Program-made: the position numbers and the translations under genes
Notes under the pieces: model-generated
Database searches by the model: none
Told to the model about the DNA's origin: nothing
The model's input: the letters and a program-made list of their open reading frames with translations, nothing else
Shown: positions 31,101 to 41,020 of the stretch, piece by piece
Layout: each line of letters opens with the position of its first letter
Numbering within the stretch: the first letter of the stretch is position 1
IMG/VR virus record: IMGVR_UViG_3300017917_003866
Location: 8,520 to 72,519 of that record
DNA from: a virus
DNA length: 64,000 nucleotides
Reading direction: 5' to 3' (one strand)

Positions 31101-31630
31101 CATTTAGACACGCTTTAGGATTTGAAACTGATACTAATATTAATAGTACTATTCCAGGATTCCAGAGCGCTTCATATCAACAACTTGAATATTATTCAGC
31201 TAATCCTGCATCTTCATTTGGTACTGACGATAACGCATATCCTAATAAATTGGGATTTGTAGAATCTGACGAATTCTTATGTGGTAAATTTTCTTGCGGA
31301 TCCTATCTATTTTTAGCTCCTACTAATCATACTGCGGTACAGATAGAAGGATCTACACAATTAGCAAAAAAGACGCTAGATTTTGGCCAGGAGAATGCTA
31401 TAACGATACCACTTGTTTTTCAAATGAGAGCACAAGATAAGCTTGGATATGTTGGAGGATGGAGATCTGCAGGTAACCTAAAGAATATTACCTATACTAA
31501 GAAAATAGGAATAGATATACAGGTAAAGAATGAGGATCTTTTTTCTTTCGATGTTCTAGTAACAGGAAGTTACACTAAGACCTCATTAGTTTCACCAGCT
31601 TATTCTCAAAGTAAGAAAACAACTATCTAG
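28139..31630 (+). CDS. Large virion structural protein
   Basis: 1163 aa; beta-rich domains with two coiled coils; structural context. Confidence 0.55.
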   Translation: MSNTKNSFSSLIAQFLRLQKNSLEIINKLNDVTTSSKDSVEIEFLMDDNTSENIQVPSFGFLKTEINRLDENIKALSGLEDNKANVRNADGTVAKIYQAKTLKDPSSPSSLQVPGTFQARNNWFFESFLNPLLYIEIDVENQIPENSESVYVKRIIANTQSDVQKQYFDNNLKGRNDITDADFIASLESQGIQYFVDEQINSLDLRTIRYTGSFGVLRIFDEELQTTVNGVTTTNTVRKYKLNTLKYNDVLSDTENSRTLTKGDLLITNGGTKYEITAIDITNQTIVLKRLFGFEAIQLGDSSLTIYSNVLSNRQVEVNVGFDERQGVFIKSIDGDFNVASSKYSPGICFWSNELQITTSDGVKTLEAFYNSQVSDFGKIFIASAKDNTIPAIYGQTPSAPVVSPGNFKVVRVNSQITNSKESVSFKDKIKIKNTLKNEIDSIDRAIDQTRKQISELTTTSAGSTPTAEYKKLNDKISSLTKDKASKTELVSTTISEINNLIITVPEITESPKYRVRGFWPIPEPIIDPKTGEQNIVQFNVRYRYLSTTGNPNGVDQIDYIDNNGVAKTGQFTNWTQFKSDVRKKIYDINTGTYVWQIEDVSDANTVNINQLDIPITKGEKVEIQVQSISEAGWPTNPLTSDWSTSAIVDFPPDLVVQVDNSAFAVQNNTDTAVARVQSDLQAKGLDQHLSTQFTSGDKFFAHNSSVIASGFFDATGKALDLFQKLTQIDNELQSLRALIAKAKGTLGVYLRSGNTSNKVNPGSTVNLFAGYYDQIIDLSNPSNKGKIASTVYYIELRNEAATPLELSSLIPGGQGVKAPNSISGQADYNNNRKYGNTPVQLSGIVSGDVNVSNPGSFVQASGYQSANAYSQFVYNRYKSVGLDEDLYFAPPTSLTWNPTTGNTVNGSPVNNDGIIMPYDPSGSPIGAGPNANVWIGTYAGTTPNGNGNLNEFCIHISHPDINDGTSPLFGSLVRPSVLPTGPMEYPSFRHALGFETDTNINSTIPGFQSASYQQLEYYSANPASSFGTDDNAYPNKLGFVESDEFLCGKFSCGSYLFLAPTNHTAVQIEGSTQLAKKTLDFGQENAITIPLVFQMRAQDKLGYVGGWRSAGNLKNITYTKKIGIDIQVKNEDLFSFDVLVTGSYTKTSLVSPAYSQSKKTTI

Positions 31631-31633
31631 TAA

Positions 31634-34600
31634 GTGGCAAGGAAAATAATTAAACAAAATTCGTCTTTCGGGGTTCTTAGAGCCAATCCAAAGATATCTG
31701 GGAATATAAAGATCACTGTAGATTCTAGTAGTGATATATGGCTTAATTCTATAGATTCTAATGCTGAGATGTCTAACAGTTATTATAAAGGATTTAGGAT
31801 ATCCCCAGAGACATCTTATGATAAGGATCTTTATAAATTTTTAAGAGAGGGTAAAACTCCATCACAGTTTGTTTTCGGGTTAATTGGTGAGGGAGATCCG
31901 GTTCAGAACCAAATAAAGGATTTATCCGATAGCTATAATTTCTTTTATAGCTCAGGTGTTTCTCCTTTAATCTCTGATAAGTACAGTGAGGATTTTTCTT
32001 ATTTAGCACCGCTTTGGCTTGGCGATGATATACCGGATCACTTTGTAATATTTAAACTTAATGATCCTATAGATTATTCATATAAGATTCCAGTAACATC
32101 ATTAGACGTTGGTAAAACATATAAAGTATTACAGGACACTACAGTAAATCCGCAAGATCCTAACTATCTTCCTTTTATTGTTTCTTCAGGATCTCAGACT
32201 TATGTTGACGGAAACGTATTTACTGCAACTGCTTTTAATTTTACCGTTGTACAAGGGCAAGGATCTGTAATTCTTTTAGATCCCCTTTACAACATAGGTA
32301 ATGTTGAAGACACTGAGAATCATTTTTATGATAAGATACTACCTAAATCTACAGTAGTAGCTAGTTTTGATTTAACTGCGGATTCTAATATAGGTAAGTA
32401 TTTAAGAAAAATAAAAACAACTCCTGGATATACAGACAGTTTAATCGATGTAAGATTCGAGGATGATCAGTTAACCACTTTTAATGGTGTTAATTATGAG
32501 GTTGGTATATTTGATAAGAGAGGTGATTTTTTAATTGACTATTACAAAAATCCAGAGACACAGATAGGATTTGAAGATTTTATAACTAGCGGATTTAGTA
32601 ATAATAGAGTAATAAGTTATAAGCTATTAAATCTTGAATTCTTATTTAATGATAATGATTCTTCAAACTACACTATAAACAGATATTTTGGACTTTATGT
32701 TAATGCTCCGGAGATAGCTAAGTTTAAATTAGACGGAAATGCACTTTATAGGAGTCAAGGAGAATCTGGAAACACCCCAATTCCTGAAAAAAATAATAAG
32801 GGATATTACGATCAGGAGACTACATATTTTCAATATAATGATAATGGAGTTAGGCTTTATTTAGATCCTTCTAAAATATCTGGTATAATACCAAATTCTG
32901 ATGACGTAAATATAGTGGAGGAAACCAAACTTTTCTGGATAAAGGACAAGAAAGGTAACTTTCATTCTCTAAAAAGATTCGAAGGATATGGCACATCGTC
33001 TCCCGATCCAATATATTCTGTATATGGATTACCAGGATACGAGAACCAATTAGTGATACAGGATACTTCGATAGATTTATCATTATTTACTGGTAAGGAT
33101 GTAGATACTAAAAAACAATATCCAGCAACAACAACAGGTGAAAAAGGAAGAGGATATAGTGTAATCAGAATCGGAAAAGAACTTAATAACTATAACGAGA
33201 ATGCTTTTATATTCTATAACCCTCTGGGATATCACGGAGTACCTGGAGCTAAATATGATATAATAAAAGCATCGGATCTTTCTTTCACTATTGATGAGTG
33301 GGGACCAGGAAGTTTTTATGCTCAGGACGGTGTTTATTATTATCATCCTTTCGGTAGCAACGAGAAAATTGCGGAAGCTTTAACAGGAATATTTAATAGC
33401 TTCAATTACAACTCATTTGAATCATTTAATTCGGGAGACGAGGTTATAATAAGAACCAATGCCACTGGAATCCAGGAGAACAATAAATATTATCTAGACT
33501 TTTTCCAAAACTTCTCGACACTTCAGAGAATGCCTGATTCAGAGAGAGGAGCAGTTTTCATAAACGAAAAAGATGCTTGTGATATAAATCAAAGACAATC
33601 TTTCTTAGGAGGTTCTAATTATGCTAATACTAGGGTTAAAGTTAAAATAGAAGACGCGAATAAAATAGAGATAGGCAAAACTTTTATAGAGACAGTAAAA
33701 AATACTTCTACTGATTCTTTTAGTAATTTGCCAGAGTATTCAAATAAAGGTGCATCTGTAGTAGTTGGTAAGTATAGGTTCGTAGATCAATATGCTAAAG
33801 ACTCAAAAGGAGAAATAGTAGGACTTAAGGATTTTGAAACTCATGCAACACTCGAGATAGCTAATTTTACGGAATCAATAGCTTTTGGTACGTCGGGAAC
33901 AATATCAGCATTCAATACTTATGATGCCACTTTAGGTATATTTTCTTTCTATGGATTAAGAGAAATTGATATGGACTTCTGGTACAGCCAGTATGGATAT
34001 ACACCTACTAAAGAGTATTATAAACATTTAGATACACAACCAGAGGGAACCACTAAAATAATACAAGGTAAAACTTACTTTGTATCATCAGGGGCTGTTA
34101 TAGAATATAATTCTAATAATATAACAGGACCTGATTTCTTTGAGGGTGTACCAGGAGAGGATCAATACTTATTAGTTACCGCATCATCCACAGGTGAATC
34201 AAACGTATTCCCAACTTTATCTTCTAGAGGGAATGTAACAACAGGAGTTAATCCGAGTAATTTTGATTACTCCTTTTATCCAGATCTTGATGCTTTCCCA
34301 GGATTTTATGGAATTCAATCTCTACAATATATAGATAATCAAATAGGGATTGATACAAAATATAAGCAATTAAATTTTGGTAAGCTAGATTCCGAATATG
34401 ATTATACACAGGACAATTATAATCCTGCTTATGCAACAAATAGTAGAGTTAGTCCTTATATAACTAAATGGGTTTATAGAGGTGGAACTGATGTTAGAGG
34501 AAATGGATATAGATTAAATTCTAATATAGCTTTTAGTCCTTTAAACTTTTCACCTAGCTTTTTTAGAAGATCTCAAGATCCTCAGTATTTTACACATGAA

Positions 34601-37252
34601 TGGTATCATTTACAAAAACCACCATATTCTTTACCAGAGGAAAGTTTACATATCGATAAAAGTTACCTTGCTGATGAGATAGATTTAAATTATCTAAGCG
34701 ATGCAAATCCTGCACTAAGAGATTACTTTTTAGATTATTTTTCTATAGAGGGAGGAGATTTTGGTACTTACTATCCAGGAAGCGATACAATAAGGGATAT
34801 CGATCTTACTGAAAGATATTCAATATTTGATTTTAATAGTGGAAGTAAATTCTGCGAAACACTTTATAGGGGAGCTAAAATAAGGATAAAGAGAACATTT
34901 ACTGACTATGCTCAAGGTGAATCTATAAATTACATAGAGGATGATAGATTCTACGACGATTATAAATTCTCATGTGTTATAGTTCCAATAAGAAATATAA
35001 TTGATGAGATACAATCACCGGTTAAAGTTAAGATCGTAGAGAATAGGACATTTAAAAACATCACATTTGTAATTGAGGTTTTAATAGATGATTCGAGAGT
35101 TTTAAATTTCGAAGATATAAGTCCAGAAAAACAATATTTAGATCTTGATTATTTCCTTTTATATTCATTAAAAGATAAACTAGATAGCTCATATTTCCCA
35201 ACTACTTCAAGTACTTGGCTTCCTTCTGGATCAATAGAACTTCCTGTTGTTGGTGACATAAAATTATCATCCGCTCTTAATATATCATCAACTCCTAATT
35301 CACAGGGTTTATTTTCTGCTGTAAATAGTGGAACAGTTGGTGCTGAGGGTGAAATTTATATAATACCTAATCCAGATTATGAAACAGACCTAAGAGATGA
35401 AATAAACTTCACGTATCTTCCTAGCGTAGTTCCTTCTTTATCTGGTCCTAACTCAACAAGTCCTGGATCTTTTTATGGAATTGCTGGACCTGCACCTTAC
35501 AATGGTTATACTCTACCTTTCCCTACAGGGGTAGGACAGGACGTAGTTAATTTTACAAATGTCATGACTACAGGAAATGTTTATATCTTTAATTTTAGCG
35601 ATATAGGTGTACCTGGACCTGTAGATATACCTACAATAGCAAATTATTTTTCCGTAGCTAATACACCAATATATCAAAGACAAGGTGGTATATCATACTG
35701 GCAAAATATCTTAGAAAAAATATCTTTTGCTAATCTTTCTCTTTGGGTAAATACTGGATATCCTTATATAGATTATTTAACCTATGAATGGGACGAAACA
35801 ACTAACACTACAAAATTATTAGAGGATCAATTTGTACTTGAATTTATAAGACCTTCATTCTTTGAGCAGAATTCTGTTATTGTAACTAAGGAAATAACTG
35901 ATAAGCCACAGGAGCTTAATGTTTTTAATGTGGGATATGAAACTGAAGATATTAATGGTGAGAGTGAACTTTATAGATACGGGGGTGAATATGTTCCTAG
36001 CTTTAGAGAGGTACTAAAATTCGAGAATGTAAAATATGATGCTCCTATATGGGTAATTCCAGAATCTAATACATTCTATGTAAAAGTTATCGAAAAAACA
36101 ACCGAATCGATAAATTATGATTTAGGATCAATTTATTGCTTAGAAATAAATGGCGTATCACAGGATGAGATAAATCTAGTAAAAGGTATTACATATTATT
36201 TTGATCTAAGTGATTCAAGCAATACTGGATATCAGCTCTATTTCTCGGAAGAAAAATTAGGTAATAATATATCATCGGATTCATTATCTCAGGGATATAC
36301 TTTATTTGGAACACCAGGGACACCAGGATCTTATATAGAATTAGTAGTTCCTTATGATTTTCCAGAAACTGTTTATTATGTAGCAGAGGGTGGAAAATAT
36401 ATGGGAGGAAATACCAAGATAATAGATTCGATAGAATATTCTTATTGTTCTTTCGGTCCTTATAAGGATGGATTCGGTGTTTCTAAAAATGTTAATTACT
36501 ATAAATATTCTCCACAGTGGATATTTAGAATCGGACAAAATTCACCTTATAATCCAGTATATACTATAATAGGAGAAACCCCAGTTGATAAGAGGAATCT
36601 TTCAATTTTTGAAAGTTCTTGGGATCCTGGATTTTATAGAGAATATTCAGGTCCTACTGGTTATACTAATCTACCAGGAACTAGAGTAATGAAGGAACAG
36701 AAATCCTTCTTTGGTAGTAAATTTATGCAAACTCCAGATCTAATAAATTCTCAGAAGCAATTAATATATCCGCAATCTTTAAAAGATGTCTTAGATCTAA
36801 ACTACAACAACTATCCTAACTACGAAATATTATGGGAGAACAATCCTAGTGAATTAAAAGGAGTTATCTTAATGGATAGGGTATTGAATAGATATTTTTT
36901 AGAAGATGGAGGTAAACAATCGTTTAATAAATTTATCGTTCCTGAATTTGGATTTGGAAGTACTTCTGATGTTGACGATGATTTTAAAGAATATATGACT
37001 CAGAATATAATTCCTATATTCCAGTCTAAATTAAACAAAGGATATCTTAAAAAAGTTCCTATCACTGCTAATCAGACACTAACTCCAGTGATAGGAGATC
37101 TAGCAGATTATCAGAAATTGATCAATGGTTATTTTAATTCAGATGAGATTAGATACACTAAAGTTAATGATCTGAGATATGAATTTAGAATACCTAAAGA
37201 TCCTTCTTTTAACTATTCTGTTTGTTTTTCTTTAGATATAGGAAAAATTTAA
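31634..37252 (+). CDS. Very large virion structural protein
   Basis: 1872 aa; GTG start; contains a cupredoxin-like module INLVKGITYYFDLSDSSN...VYY...MGG. Confidence 0.55.
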   Translation: MARKIIKQNSSFGVLRANPKISGNIKITVDSSSDIWLNSIDSNAEMSNSYYKGFRISPETSYDKDLYKFLREGKTPSQFVFGLIGEGDPVQNQIKDLSDSYNFFYSSGVSPLISDKYSEDFSYLAPLWLGDDIPDHFVIFKLNDPIDYSYKIPVTSLDVGKTYKVLQDTTVNPQDPNYLPFIVSSGSQTYVDGNVFTATAFNFTVVQGQGSVILLDPLYNIGNVEDTENHFYDKILPKSTVVASFDLTADSNIGKYLRKIKTTPGYTDSLIDVRFEDDQLTTFNGVNYEVGIFDKRGDFLIDYYKNPETQIGFEDFITSGFSNNRVISYKLLNLEFLFNDNDSSNYTINRYFGLYVNAPEIAKFKLDGNALYRSQGESGNTPIPEKNNKGYYDQETTYFQYNDNGVRLYLDPSKISGIIPNSDDVNIVEETKLFWIKDKKGNFHSLKRFEGYGTSSPDPIYSVYGLPGYENQLVIQDTSIDLSLFTGKDVDTKKQYPATTTGEKGRGYSVIRIGKELNNYNENAFIFYNPLGYHGVPGAKYDIIKASDLSFTIDEWGPGSFYAQDGVYYYHPFGSNEKIAEALTGIFNSFNYNSFESFNSGDEVIIRTNATGIQENNKYYLDFFQNFSTLQRMPDSERGAVFINEKDACDINQRQSFLGGSNYANTRVKVKIEDANKIEIGKTFIETVKNTSTDSFSNLPEYSNKGASVVVGKYRFVDQYAKDSKGEIVGLKDFETHATLEIANFTESIAFGTSGTISAFNTYDATLGIFSFYGLREIDMDFWYSQYGYTPTKEYYKHLDTQPEGTTKIIQGKTYFVSSGAVIEYNSNNITGPDFFEGVPGEDQYLLVTASSTGESNVFPTLSSRGNVTTGVNPSNFDYSFYPDLDAFPGFYGIQSLQYIDNQIGIDTKYKQLNFGKLDSEYDYTQDNYNPAYATNSRVSPYITKWVYRGGTDVRGNGYRLNSNIAFSPLNFSPSFFRRSQDPQYFTHEWYHLQKPPYSLPEESLHIDKSYLADEIDLNYLSDANPALRDYFLDYFSIEGGDFGTYYPGSDTIRDIDLTERYSIFDFNSGSKFCETLYRGAKIRIKRTFTDYAQGESINYIEDDRFYDDYKFSCVIVPIRNIIDEIQSPVKVKIVENRTFKNITFVIEVLIDDSRVLNFEDISPEKQYLDLDYFLLYSLKDKLDSSYFPTTSSTWLPSGSIELPVVGDIKLSSALNISSTPNSQGLFSAVNSGTVGAEGEIYIIPNPDYETDLRDEINFTYLPSVVPSLSGPNSTSPGSFYGIAGPAPYNGYTLPFPTGVGQDVVNFTNVMTTGNVYIFNFSDIGVPGPVDIPTIANYFSVANTPIYQRQGGISYWQNILEKISFANLSLWVNTGYPYIDYLTYEWDETTNTTKLLEDQFVLEFIRPSFFEQNSVIVTKEITDKPQELNVFNVGYETEDINGESELYRYGGEYVPSFREVLKFENVKYDAPIWVIPESNTFYVKVIEKTTESINYDLGSIYCLEINGVSQDEINLVKGITYYFDLSDSSNTGYQLYFSEEKLGNNISSDSLSQGYTLFGTPGTPGSYIELVVPYDFPETVYYVAEGGKYMGGNTKIIDSIEYSYCSFGPYKDGFGVSKNVNYYKYSPQWIFRIGQNSPYNPVYTIIGETPVDKRNLSIFESSWDPGFYREYSGPTGYTNLPGTRVMKEQKSFFGSKFMQTPDLINSQKQLIYPQSLKDVLDLNYNNYPNYEILWENNPSELKGVILMDRVLNRYFLEDGGKQSFNKFIVPEFGFGSTSDVDDDFKEYMTQNIIPIFQSKLNKGYLKKVPITANQTLTPVIGDLADYQKLINGYFNSDEIRYTKVNDLRYEFRIPKDPSFNYSVCFSLDIGKI

Positions 37253-37269
37253 TAGAGGGATGAATTTTT

Positions 37270-37277
37270 GATATATA
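37270..37277 (+). promoter_or_regulatory. Candidate late promoter (GATATATA)
   Basis: Upstream of the tail fibre gene at 37296. Confidence 0.5.
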
Positions 37278-37295
37278 ATACAACTATAATAAGCG

Positions 37296-40010
37296 ATGCC
37301 ACAGATTAATATATTAAACATTCTACAGGGAGACAACCAATCCACTATAGTTGACAAATTAAATTATAATTTTGATCAGATACTTAGTGCTGGTGGTGGA
37401 CCTCAAGGAGCACAGGGATTAATAGGACCAACTGGACCTATCGGACCTCAAGGGCCACAAGGAGTTCAGGGAGCTCAAGGACCTTCTGGAACTAAATGGT
37501 TTGTTCAAGATGCACAACCAGCATCTGGAGGAATTACTGGATCAAATCCATGGACTTATCCAACCCTCGGAGACTATTGGTTAGATCCAGATTCAGCAAA
37601 TCAGGATGTTTATGTATTTACTGCTACTGGATGGGTTAATACTGGATACGGATTAAATGCCGGTGATTTATTTCAAAAAGTAACCCCTATAAATATAAAC
37701 GGGGGTGCTACAGCCCAAGCTATTTTAATTGCTGGTGCTACCGCTGATGATAAGAGCTTAGTACTATCAGATTCTTCTGTTTCTGGATATACACCAGGAG
37801 GTACTGCTATAGATAATCTAAATTTTGAGAATTCTAAACTAAAAATAGCAACTAAGGATGATCGAACTAAATTAATAAGTTTTGGTAGATCAACCTACGA
37901 TGTAACCCCAGGGGGATCTGGTTCTTCTAGTAGTTCTTATAATCCATACTTTGCTTGGGATTTTTCTTTTAATCCCTCAGGAGCTTCTGGAGCAGGGGCA
38001 GGATTTTATGGAATTAATTTTACTAACCCTAAGGGATCTATAGGTATAGTATCTAATGGTGCAACTGCAGAATCTGGAATAAATCTTTCAAGTACAAGCG
38101 AGATATCTGCAGCATCTACTAATGATAATATATTACTTAAGACCTCTTCGATTAATAAAGGTACTTTTGTAGATGCTAGTAGCAACGGAGGATTTTTTGA
38201 ATTTTCTAATCAACCTGCAGGAACCCCTTCAAATTTATCTAATGCACCGATCTTTGCAAATTCTACTGGTTTAGGAGTAGGTTTGGGTACTGGTCAGTTT
38301 AAACAATCTGGAGATGATTCAAGAAGATTGGCAGTTAATGGAAACTTAAGTCTCGGAAAAACAGCTACAACACACACAGGAAATCTTTTTGTCGGCGATC
38401 CATCTGCACCTAATAATAATAAAGGTGTATTATTTGTAGAGGGCCATTCGATGTTTGGATATAATAATCCAACTGGAGATAATTCGGGTGGTATACAAAC
38501 TACTGGACCTGCGGAAAGAAGTGGTAGATATCCACAGCTTTTTGTTACTTCACCTAACTTTGGACCTGGTATACAAATAAAAACAGGGGGATCTAATTAT
38601 TCTCCGAGAACTGTTATAGGAGATGGTATATTTGATACTAGTGCTCCTACTAATATAACCTCAGCGGGTACTGGTCCAGATATATCTCAAGAATTTTTTG
38701 CTGGAACTGGATACAATTTTTCAGCTAACAAGGCATTGATAAGTTATCATCATAAGATAACTAATGTTTCTAATACTGGAGTAACAGGACCGGTTTTCTC
38801 TATTTCTACTTTTACTAATTCAGGTGTTTATAATCCTACTAGTACTGCTAGAAGAACATTGATACAAACCACCAATTCTAATAAGCTTTTAGAAATAATG
38901 GCTAATGGTACGGGAGGGACAAACATAATAAATATAGGATTTTCGAATCAGCCTTTATTTAGTTTGTATGGTACTTCTGGATCAGCTACAGGAAGTGTTA
39001 CTATCGGAGCTTCAGCATCGAATTTTCCAGGATTGGCAGGAAGCTTAACATCATTAGCTAATTTCCAATCTGGTAAAGCAAACCATAGTTTAGTTGTGAC
39101 GGGGGTTCAAACCATAGGAACGGTTAGCCCTTTATCTCTATTTAATGTTAATGGATCTGGCTCTGGTGGACTTGTTAGTTCTGCCAGTCATTTAAAAATA
39201 TATAGGCAATTATATACAACGACATCAACTAAGGGATCTATTATAAGTGCTGCGGGACCTGGTGTAAATAATTATCCTAACGGATTAGAGATAACTTCTC
39301 ATATACCTGCTTCGGCATCGACGGGTGCAGGATCTCCTAATCAATCGGTAGCGATAGCAGTAGGAGGTAGCAGTCAGATATACAACACCTCGACCGACAG
39401 CGATATACCTCTTCCTGCTACAGGATTTTTTGTTAGTAACACTGGACAAAATATAGCAGTTGGTCAGTATATTGATTACGCTGCTGCTATAGGAGTATCT
39501 GGAGCGGGATCGGATGCAGCTATAAGTGCAAAGGGTGCTATTAATGGTATAGGTAATCTTTCTATAAGCGGAACAGGTACTTTTGGTGGAAATGTTAACG
39601 CATCAGGTGGAAACATAACAAACTCCTTAAATGTTGGGGATAGTCTTTTCCAAGGAGGATCTCTAGCATTAAATGCAGGTACTATTATAAATGGTATGAT
39701 AGTGGGAAGAATAATAATTCCAGTAAATGGATCATCTAACCCTACTATAAAAGCAGGATCTGGATTTAGCGCTGTTACGACCGCTTCAGGAGCTTCTTTA
39801 GCAGCTAGAATTGATTTATCAGCTCCTTTCCCTGGAATAACTCCAGGATCCAATCCCGATGGAGTGGTTGTTTTATGTCAGGCGATATCTGGAGCCTCCA
39901 CATCATATTTTTATTGCTCCTCATGGACAGAGGATTCATTTACACTTAGAGGGATTGGATTTAGCTCAGGTAGTGTACAAGTTCATTTTACGGCTTATGC
40001 TGTTTCTTAA
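37296..40010 (+). CDS. Tail fibre protein with collagen-like repeat
   Basis: (Gly-X-Y)n GPQGAQGLIGPTGPIGPQGPQGVQGAQGPSG; G/S/T-rich body; C-terminal fibre-tip-like domain. Confidence 0.7.
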   Translation: MPQINILNILQGDNQSTIVDKLNYNFDQILSAGGGPQGAQGLIGPTGPIGPQGPQGVQGAQGPSGTKWFVQDAQPASGGITGSNPWTYPTLGDYWLDPDSANQDVYVFTATGWVNTGYGLNAGDLFQKVTPININGGATAQAILIAGATADDKSLVLSDSSVSGYTPGGTAIDNLNFENSKLKIATKDDRTKLISFGRSTYDVTPGGSGSSSSSYNPYFAWDFSFNPSGASGAGAGFYGINFTNPKGSIGIVSNGATAESGINLSSTSEISAASTNDNILLKTSSINKGTFVDASSNGGFFEFSNQPAGTPSNLSNAPIFANSTGLGVGLGTGQFKQSGDDSRRLAVNGNLSLGKTATTHTGNLFVGDPSAPNNNKGVLFVEGHSMFGYNNPTGDNSGGIQTTGPAERSGRYPQLFVTSPNFGPGIQIKTGGSNYSPRTVIGDGIFDTSAPTNITSAGTGPDISQEFFAGTGYNFSANKALISYHHKITNVSNTGVTGPVFSISTFTNSGVYNPTSTARRTLIQTTNSNKLLEIMANGTGGTNIINIGFSNQPLFSLYGTSGSATGSVTIGASASNFPGLAGSLTSLANFQSGKANHSLVVTGVQTIGTVSPLSLFNVNGSGSGGLVSSASHLKIYRQLYTTTSTKGSIISAAGPGVNNYPNGLEITSHIPASASTGAGSPNQSVAIAVGGSSQIYNTSTDSDIPLPATGFFVSNTGQNIAVGQYIDYAAAIGVSGAGSDAAISAKGAINGIGNLSISGTGTFGGNVNASGGNITNSLNVGDSLFQGGSLALNAGTIINGMIVGRIIIPVNGSSNPTIKAGSGFSAVTTASGASLAARIDLSAPFPGITPGSNPDGVVVLCQAISGASTSYFYCSSWTEDSFTLRGIGFSSGSVQVHFTAYAVS

Positions 40011-40027
40011 AAATAAAAATATAAAAA

Positions 40028-40234
40028 TTGGATAAAAATTGGTTCATACAAAAATACTCTGATATACATTCTGATTTGAATAAATTAGAAACCGAAATAG
40101 AGGAGCATTTAAAAAATAAAAAAGATCTTATATCAGAAGATAAAAAGCTGGAAGATCTAAAAAGAAGAACTATAGAAACTATAGATCTTCTAAATAAAAC
40201 AAGAGAAGATGAAAGAAGAATCTTTAATTACTAA
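40028..40234 (+). CDS. Small coiled-coil hypothetical protein
   Basis: 68 aa, TTG start, fills the gap between neighbours. Confidence 0.45.
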   Translation: MDKNWFIQKYSDIHSDLNKLETEIEEHLKNKKDLISEDKKLEDLKRRTIETIDLLNKTREDERRIFNY

Positions 40235-41006
40235 ATTTTCAAAAAGAAAAGATATTTTACTTATAGCAGTGATAGCTATTCTTTGTTTATTGCTGTTTAG
40301 ACAGTGTGATAGCAACTTAGATCTTAAATCCCAGATTGAGATACAGAATATGAATTTAGATGCGTTAAAAGACACAGTACGCATACAAAAGAATAAAGCT
40401 GGAGAAGCAACTTACGTCAGAAAAACCCTTTTAGCTGATAAGAAAAGCTTGGAGAAATTGAATAAAGATTTAAAGGATGAGCTTGATAAACAAAAAGGTA
40501 AAGTAATAGTGATTGAAAGAGTTGTAACAGAAACTAAAGTAGACACACAATATGTTAATAATTATTTAAGCTCTTATGGCAATAATAAGTTTAGTTTAGA
40601 TTGGAAATATGATTCAACATTCTCTGTCAACAATTACAGAAAGTTTTCTGGTAAGAGCTTCTTTATTGTTGATACTATAAATAATAAAGTCTTACCTGGT
40701 ATTACTAGAATAGATCAGGATGAAATGGGATTCTCTTTTGTTACTGGACTTAGAGAAAAAGATAAAGCTCTAGAAATTTTTGTAACTCCAAAATATCCAG
40801 GAATGACAGTTACCCAAATAGAAGGAGCTGTTATAGATCCTTATAAATCTGAGGTTCTTAAGAAAATGTTTCCTAATAAGAAATTTTCAGTTGGACCTTA
40901 TGTAGGTGTAGGTATAGGAGCTGGTGTAGGTCTAAATGGAAGTCCTATATTTGGTCCAGTTTTCAATATAGGGGTAGGTCTTCAATATTCTATCATTAAA
41001 TTCTAA
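40209..41006 (+). CDS. Membrane-anchored coiled-coil protein, spanin-like candidate
   Basis: N-terminal TM helix ILLIAVIAILCLLLF, coiled coil, C-terminal amphipathic beta-hairpin ending in Phe. Confidence 0.5.
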   Translation: MKEESLITKFSKRKDILLIAVIAILCLLLFRQCDSNLDLKSQIEIQNMNLDALKDTVRIQKNKAGEATYVRKTLLADKKSLEKLNKDLKDELDKQKGKVIVIERVVTETKVDTQYVNNYLSSYGNNKFSLDWKYDSTFSVNNYRKFSGKSFFIVDTINNKVLPGITRIDQDEMGFSFVTGLREKDKALEIFVTPKYPGMTVTQIEGAVIDPYKSEVLKKMFPNKKFSVGPYVGVGIGAGVGLNGSPIFGPVFNIGVGLQYSIIKF

Positions 41007-41008
41007 GG

Positions 41009-41016
41009 GATATATA
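41009..41016 (+). promoter_or_regulatory. Candidate late promoter (GATATATA)
   Basis: In the 14-bp gap before 41021. Confidence 0.5.
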
Positions 41017-41020
41017 AATC

